Shown: piece by piece, positions 60,247-64,000 of the stretch
Numbering within the stretch: the stretch's first letter is position 1
Layout of the letters: every line of letters starts with the position of its first letter
Assembly (NCBI GenBank): GCA_018652265.1
Contig: JABICL010000034.1
Location: 31,236-95,235 of the forward strand
Reading direction: 5' to 3'
Origin: Candidatus Peribacteria bacterium
Lineage (GTDB): Bacteria; Patescibacteriota; Gracilibacteria; Peribacterales; Peribacteraceae
Length of the DNA: 64,000 nt
Notes under the pieces: model-generated
Database searches by the model: none
Told to the model about the DNA's origin: nothing
What the model saw: the letters and a program-made list of their open reading frames with translations, nothing else
Made by a program: the position numbers and the translations under genes

Positions 60247-60310
60247 TCCTATTTTTGATATTAGATATTTGTTTTATTCCAATGATTGATTCTGATACAG
60301 TTCATGACAT

Positions 60311-60478
60311 ATGAAAAAACACAGCAAACTTTCAATCTTTAGCGATATATGGGCGTTTCTATGCGTTAGGAAAAAATGGTGGCTGGCACCTATTCTTATA
60401 GTTCTAGTACTGTTTGGATTCTTGCTTGTATTTGCAGAGACATCTGCGCTTGCACCGTTTATTTATACATTGTTTTAA
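60311..60478 (+). CDS. DUF5989/SxtK-family small protein (not in ORF track)
   Basis: MKKHSKLSIFSDIWAFLCVRKKWWLAPILIVLVLFGFLLVFAETSALAPFIYTLF. Confidence 0.9.
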   Translation: MKKHSKLSIFSDIWAFLCVRKKWWLAPILIVLVLFGFLLVFAETSALAPFIYTLF

Positions 60479-60487
60479 AATAAATAA

Positions 60488-60576
60488 TGTCATGCTGAGC
60501 CATTCTGAGAGAGTGAGCACTTGAAGCGGAGCTTGCGACGCTTAAGTCTCACGAGACGAAGAATGTGTCGAAGCAC
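60488..60576 (+). repeat. Nested family B element overlapping the GT2 C-terminus
   Basis: TGTCATGCTGAGCC[ATTCTGAG...CGAAGAAT]GTGTCGAAGCAC. Confidence 0.88.
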
Positions 60577-61252
60577 TAATGCCTACTCGTATCTTAAGCA
60601 TCATCAGTATTCCTTTTACTGCGTCTTTCCAGTTTATCTTTTTCCCTTCTTCTATGGTTCTAGGGTTATAAGAGATTGGAACTTCGAGAATTTCTTCTTT
60701 GAGCTTTAGGCACTTGGCACATATTTCTGCTTCCATCTCAAAGCCATTAGATTTTAGGTTTAGTGATTTAAATAAATTTGTATCTAGTAATTTGTAGCAT
60801 GTATATGAATCTGTAATTCTTTTAAAAAATAGAATGCTAATAATTAAGCTAAGAACTTTATTGCCCATTAGGAATATCAAATACGCTCTTGGATTTTTTT
60901 GCATGAACCTTGATCCAAAAACCACTTTTACATTTTTTTCTTTTGCCTCTTTTAGAAGTAGTAGCATTTCTGATGGTTCATATTCCAGATCCGCATCTTG
61001 TATCACCGAATATTTTCCAGTTGAGTGTTCTAGTCCCATTCTGATTGCTGATCCCTTTCCTCCATTTGGCTTTGTAAGAACTAAATCTTGCTCTCGGGCG
61101 TTCTGTTTAAGTATTTCTAATGAAGAATCATGTGATCCATCATCTATATATATAATTTGAGCTTCTGGGCATGCATTACCAACAGTCCGCATAACCTGAG
61201 CTACGGTTTTTTCTTCGTTGTAGACGGGGATAAGTATGGATAGCTCTTTCAT
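60542..61252 (-). CDS. GT2, polyprenol-phosphate sugar synthase-like
   Basis: IPVYNE, DDGS, QDADLEY, EGKKINWKD. Confidence 0.9.
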   Translation of the reverse strand: MKELSILIPVYNEEKTVAQVMRTVGNACPEAQIIYIDDGSHDSSLEILKQNAREQDLVLTKPNGGKGSAIRMGLEHSTGKYSVIQDADLEYEPSEMLLLLKEAKEKNVKVVFGSRFMQKNPRAYLIFLMGNKVLSLIISILFFKRITDSYTCYKLLDTNLFKSLNLKSNGFEMEAEICAKCLKLKEEILEVPISYNPRTIEEGKKINWKDAVKGILMMLKIRVGISASTHSSSRET

Positions 61253-61384
61253 AGATTTGATGTGTATAAGGTATATGAATGAAGTTTATTTCGAAAGCGA
61301 CTTCTCCCAAACTTCTGTAAAAATTGCTTGTATTGCAGTCGAGACAGGAATAGCATTTTCTCCAATTTCTTAACCAAGCTTATT

Positions 61385-61696
61385 ATGGGTAGATCATTAG
61401 ATGAACAAGAGGCTCGTATAGTAGCAGCACTAGAATGTGCAGGTGAGTCTGGAGTTGTAGATATTGAATTATTTGATGGAATACAAGAAGTCACAGCAAG
61501 TGTATCTGAAATTAGATTGGATTCAGGGAGACTATTAATTGGTGAAAATGATTTTGGAATTTCATTTTCTTCAGTTTCAAGAATTCGTCCTGCTATTGAT
61601 ACTATGTCGCAGTCTCATGATGAATTGTGTGATTTTAGTGAGTTAGATTTGACTGATAATGGAGTTGAAGATGGCGCAGAATTAATAGAAGCTTAA
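61385..61696 (+). CDS. Acidic hypothetical protein
   Basis: ORF from MGRSLDE; start uncertain. Confidence 0.5.
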   Translation: MGRSLDEQEARIVAALECAGESGVVDIELFDGIQEVTASVSEIRLDSGRLLIGENDFGISFSSVSRIRPAIDTMSQSHDELCDFSELDLTDNGVEDGAELIEA

Positions 61697-61735
61697 TTCT
61701 TTGTAAAAGATTCAATTTGAATTAATATTAAGAAC

Positions 61736-62092
61736 ATGAGAACTACATTAGTTTTTGCATTGTCCTTGATTCTATTTGGCTGCAATCAATCTCAGAACAC
61801 AAACGAAGCAGATTTGATTCAGGTTCTCGTAGATGAGCATCTGATAATTTTGGAGGATGGAGAATTGCGAGATGGAACTGAGGTTACTTTCGAGAAAGTA
61901 ATGGTAGAAAGTAATGATCAAGAATGGTTCAAGGCAAATCTAATTCAGGATAATCTTCCTGATGATTCTGTGAAAAAAACGGAGCATGAGATATATCTGA
62001 AGCAGAATGAAGTAGGAGAGTGGGAAGTGGTAGATAAAAAGCTTGTAGATATAGAGTGTCGTAGGGGGAAGGTAGATGGTATGTGTATATAA
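61736..62092 (+). CDS. Putative lipoprotein
   Basis: Lipobox LFGC after a hydrophobic signal; C-terminal CRRG...C. Confidence 0.7.
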   Translation: MRTTLVFALSLILFGCNQSQNTNEADLIQVLVDEHLIILEDGELRDGTEVTFEKVMVESNDQEWFKANLIQDNLPDDSVKKTEHEIYLKQNEVGEWEVVDKKLVDIECRRGKVDGMCI

Positions 62093-62135
62093 GGTGATCT
62101 GTCTCACAGAGATATTTTTTGTATACGCATATATT
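62093..62135 (+). promoter_or_regulatory. Crp/Fnr-type box with -10 in class II geometry
   Basis: GGTGA-N6-TCACA (62093-62108) and TATATT (62130-62135). Confidence 0.6.
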
Positions 62136-62167
62136 TATGATGCTTTATTTCTTACCCCCAATTTATT

Positions 62168-62215
62168 ATGGAAGGCGGTGGACACTGTCGTGTTGGAGGT
62201 TGCAGTTGCAGCTAG
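62168..62215 (+). CDS. Putative 15-aa Cys/His/Gly peptide MEGGGHCRVGGCSCS
   Basis: Lies between the predicted promoter and terminator; C/T-rich leader like that of metK. Confidence 0.4.
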   Translation: MEGGGHCRVGGCSCS

Positions 62216-62234
62216 TCCAAATCACGAACTATAC

Positions 62235-62269
62235 AAAAAGAGCCGAAGGTCACGCACTCGGCTTTTTTT
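62235..62269. terminator. Bidirectional intrinsic terminator
   Basis: AAAAAGAGCCGA...TCGGCTTTTTTT. Confidence 0.8.
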
Positions 62270-62280
62270 GTATCTAAGAT

Positions 62281-62970
62281 TTAGGAAATTGCCATTACTT
62301 CCCTTATTCCATTTTGGCTTAACCTGATATGTTTTTTATCTACGTTTATAAATCCTTCGGCTTGTAAGTTTTTAAGTTCTTTAGTAACTGTTTCTCTAGT
62401 TAATCCTGTCATATGTCCAAGTTTTTCATGAGTTATTCTTGTGGGCATACGAAGTATAGGAGGGAGTATGCTCTCATCCTCTTTTTGATTTAGAAGTCTT
62501 ATAGTTGCAAGTAATCTGTCTCGCGCTTGAAGTGCAGATAGAGATCTAATCTGTGCTTCGTATTGAGAAAGTCTCTTGTTTAAAACTTTCATAGCTCTAA
62601 GTGCTACGTCTGGTCTTTTTTTCAGTATTTGTAAGAAGTAGTTATGAGGAAGAGTACATATGTAAGAATCTTGCGTAGTTTCTGCAAAGTGTTTTTCGCT
62701 CGAATCTGGATCAAATCCTATATTTCCAAAAACTGCGCCAGGCTTAAGTATATCCAGAACGATTTTTTTACCATCTACAGATTGATAAAGAGTAACCTCT
62801 CCTTCTTTTAGTATAAAAACATTTTCTACTCGATCATGTGGTGTGTATAAAAAGCTTTTTTGATCGTATTCACGATCTATTACACCAGAAACCATTTCAT
62901 GCATTTCTTCTTCACTAATGCCTGCAAATAGTTCTACGCTAGAGAGATACCAGAACGGTGGTCTATGCAT
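62281..62970 (-). CDS. Crp/Fnr family transcriptional regulator
   Basis: cNMP-binding fold (LFAG, ILKEGEV, GAVFG) and HTH THEKLGHMTGLTRETVTK; start 62970 or 62994. Confidence 0.9.
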   Translation of the reverse strand: MHRPPFWYLSSVELFAGISEEEMHEMVSGVIDREYDQKSFLYTPHDRVENVFILKEGEVTLYQSVDGKKIVLDILKPGAVFGNIGFDPDSSEKHFAETTQDSYICTLPHNYFLQILKKRPDVALRAMKVLNKRLSQYEAQIRSLSALQARDRLLATIRLLNQKEDESILPPILRMPTRITHEKLGHMTGLTRETVTKELKNLQAEGFINVDKKHIRLSQNGIREVMAIS

Positions 62971-63068
62971 TTTATTGTTGGGTAAAATTAACATTTTTAA
63001 TATACCAGCAGAATTCGTATGTTTCCGTACAATAGACCTCTTTCTGTAATAGATTTCACATTCCGCTT

Positions 63069-63173
63069 GCATGCTTAAGGCGGTATATGCGACGAAATCA
63101 ACGTAACCCATCACCGTTTATTACTTATCAGAGGTTACGGATTGATTTCTTACGCAAAATACCGCCAGCATGC
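63069..63173. other. 105-nt imperfect rod-like hairpin
   Basis: GCATGCT/AGCATGC, GGCGGTAT/ATACCGCC, GAAATCAA/TTGATTTC, CGTAACC/GGTTACG. Confidence 0.7.
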
Positions 63174-63287
63174 TCGCTGCTTAGTCGACAGATATTTATT
63201 CATCTTAAATTTACCCCGATCTTAATGGCAAATTTGCCGTGTGTGTGCTGGATATAAGGCTTCTTATAAAGTAATCTCTGTCTCTGT

Positions 63288-64000
63288 ATGGATAAGTCTC
63301 CAGTCCAGATTGGCGTTGGCACACTTGAGATTACAAATGAGGAAAAGAGTGCAGTAATGGAAGTGCTAGATAGCAATAGACTTTCTTATGGTCCCAAGAG
63401 TAGAGAATTTGAAAGTAGATTTGCCGGTTTTCACGATAGTAAGTTTGCAGTTCTAGTAAATAGTGGAACTAGTGCACTTCGAATAGCTATAGCCTGTCTA
63501 AAAGAAACAGAAAATTGGAAGGAAGGGGATGAAGTTATAGTCCCTGCAGTTACATTTGTTGCTACTGCAAATGTGATAATAGATCATGGTCTTGTTCCTG
63601 TGTTCACCGATTGTGATTCGAATACATACAATATCGATCCTGCAAAAATAGAAGAAAAAATTACAGATCGTACGCGAGCAATTATGTCAGTTCATCTTTT
63701 TGGACAGATTGCAGATATGGATCCAATTATGGAAATTGCAAAAAAGCATAATCTAAAAGTTATAGAAGATAGTGCAGAGACTATGGGTGTTGATTACAAG
63801 GGGAGAAAAACAGGATCATTTGGTGATATAAGCTGTTTCTCAACATATGTTGCTCATCTAATAGTAACTGGCGTTGGTGGATTTGCTGTTACGAATAATC
63901 CAAAATATGCAGAGATTTTAAGAAGTCTTGCAAATCACGGAAGAGATGGAATCTATCTAAGTATTGATGATGATAAAGATGTAAAAGATGAAAACTTCAA
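63288..64000 (+). CDS. DegT-family PLP/PMP enzyme with His at the catalytic Lys position (3-dehydratase-like), 3' truncated
   Basis: Hand translation MDKSPVQIGVG...NSGTSAL...VHLFG...EDSAE...FSTYVAHLIVTGVGG. Confidence 0.88.
   Translation, partial: MDKSPVQIGVGTLEITNEEKSAVMEVLDSNRLSYGPKSREFESRFAGFHDSKFAVLVNSGTSALRIAIACLKETENWKEGDEVIVPAVTFVATANVIIDHGLVPVFTDCDSNTYNIDPAKIEEKITDRTRAIMSVHLFGQIADMDPIMEIAKKHNLKVIEDSAETMGVDYKGRKTGSFGDISCFSTYVAHLIVTGVGGFAVTNNPKYAEILRSLANHGRDGIYLSIDDDKDVKDENF

Noticed and set aside
56196-60478. Saxitoxin biosynthesis
   Set aside because: Only the widespread sxtI/J/K-like genes are present; no sxtA or sxtG, and the context is glycan synthesis.
63069-63173. Calling the hairpin 6S or SRP RNA
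   Set aside because: No SRP domain IV motif or clear 6S central bubble recognisable; left unassigned.
1-64000. Alternative genetic code 25 (TGA=Gly)
   Set aside because: Long conserved genes have no internal TGA, and TGA ends genes at natural positions (e.g. the ATGA overlap at 45144-45147).

Overview
AT-rich bacterial chromosome segment read with the standard code 11. Gene content and style (scarce Shine-Dalgarno sites, rpsF-rpsR-holB, many orphan ORFs) suggest a Patescibacteria/CPR genome, probably Peregrinibacteria/Peribacteria; this is inference. The first ~26 kb is mostly housekeeping: holB, rpsR, rpsF, a class A PBP, aspS, tRNA-Leu(TAG), metK behind a SAM-I riboswitch, an amidase-SpoIID fusion, secA, a PduO-type enzyme and uvrB. 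From ~26 to 64 kb lies a large, mixed-orientation surface-glycan cluster: many GT4/GT2 genes, GT-C-like membrane proteins, UXS, rmlA/rmlB, WbpB/E/D/I-like genes, a Wzx-SGNH fusion and an sxtI/J/K-like carbamoylation module. The most unusual signal is a dense set of tiny structured elements with no transposase in the window. (i) GC-rich palindromic units nest inside one another and carry recurrent non-canonical motifs (tandem GA, GUA/GAA, GNA triloops). (ii) Cassettes of inverted heptamer or nonamer arms flank a short core; three are exactly 81 bp. (iii) Heptamer runs occur inside genes. These elements sit in frame inside glycan-enzyme genes (three times at the same GT4 interdomain linker) or supply their stop codons, and I saw none inside housekeeping CDSs. 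Also notable: a Crp-box-driven 15-aa Cys/His micro-ORF facing a Crp/Fnr gene, pervasive leaderless-type -10 boxes, and a 121-codon in-frame tail behind a single TAA.
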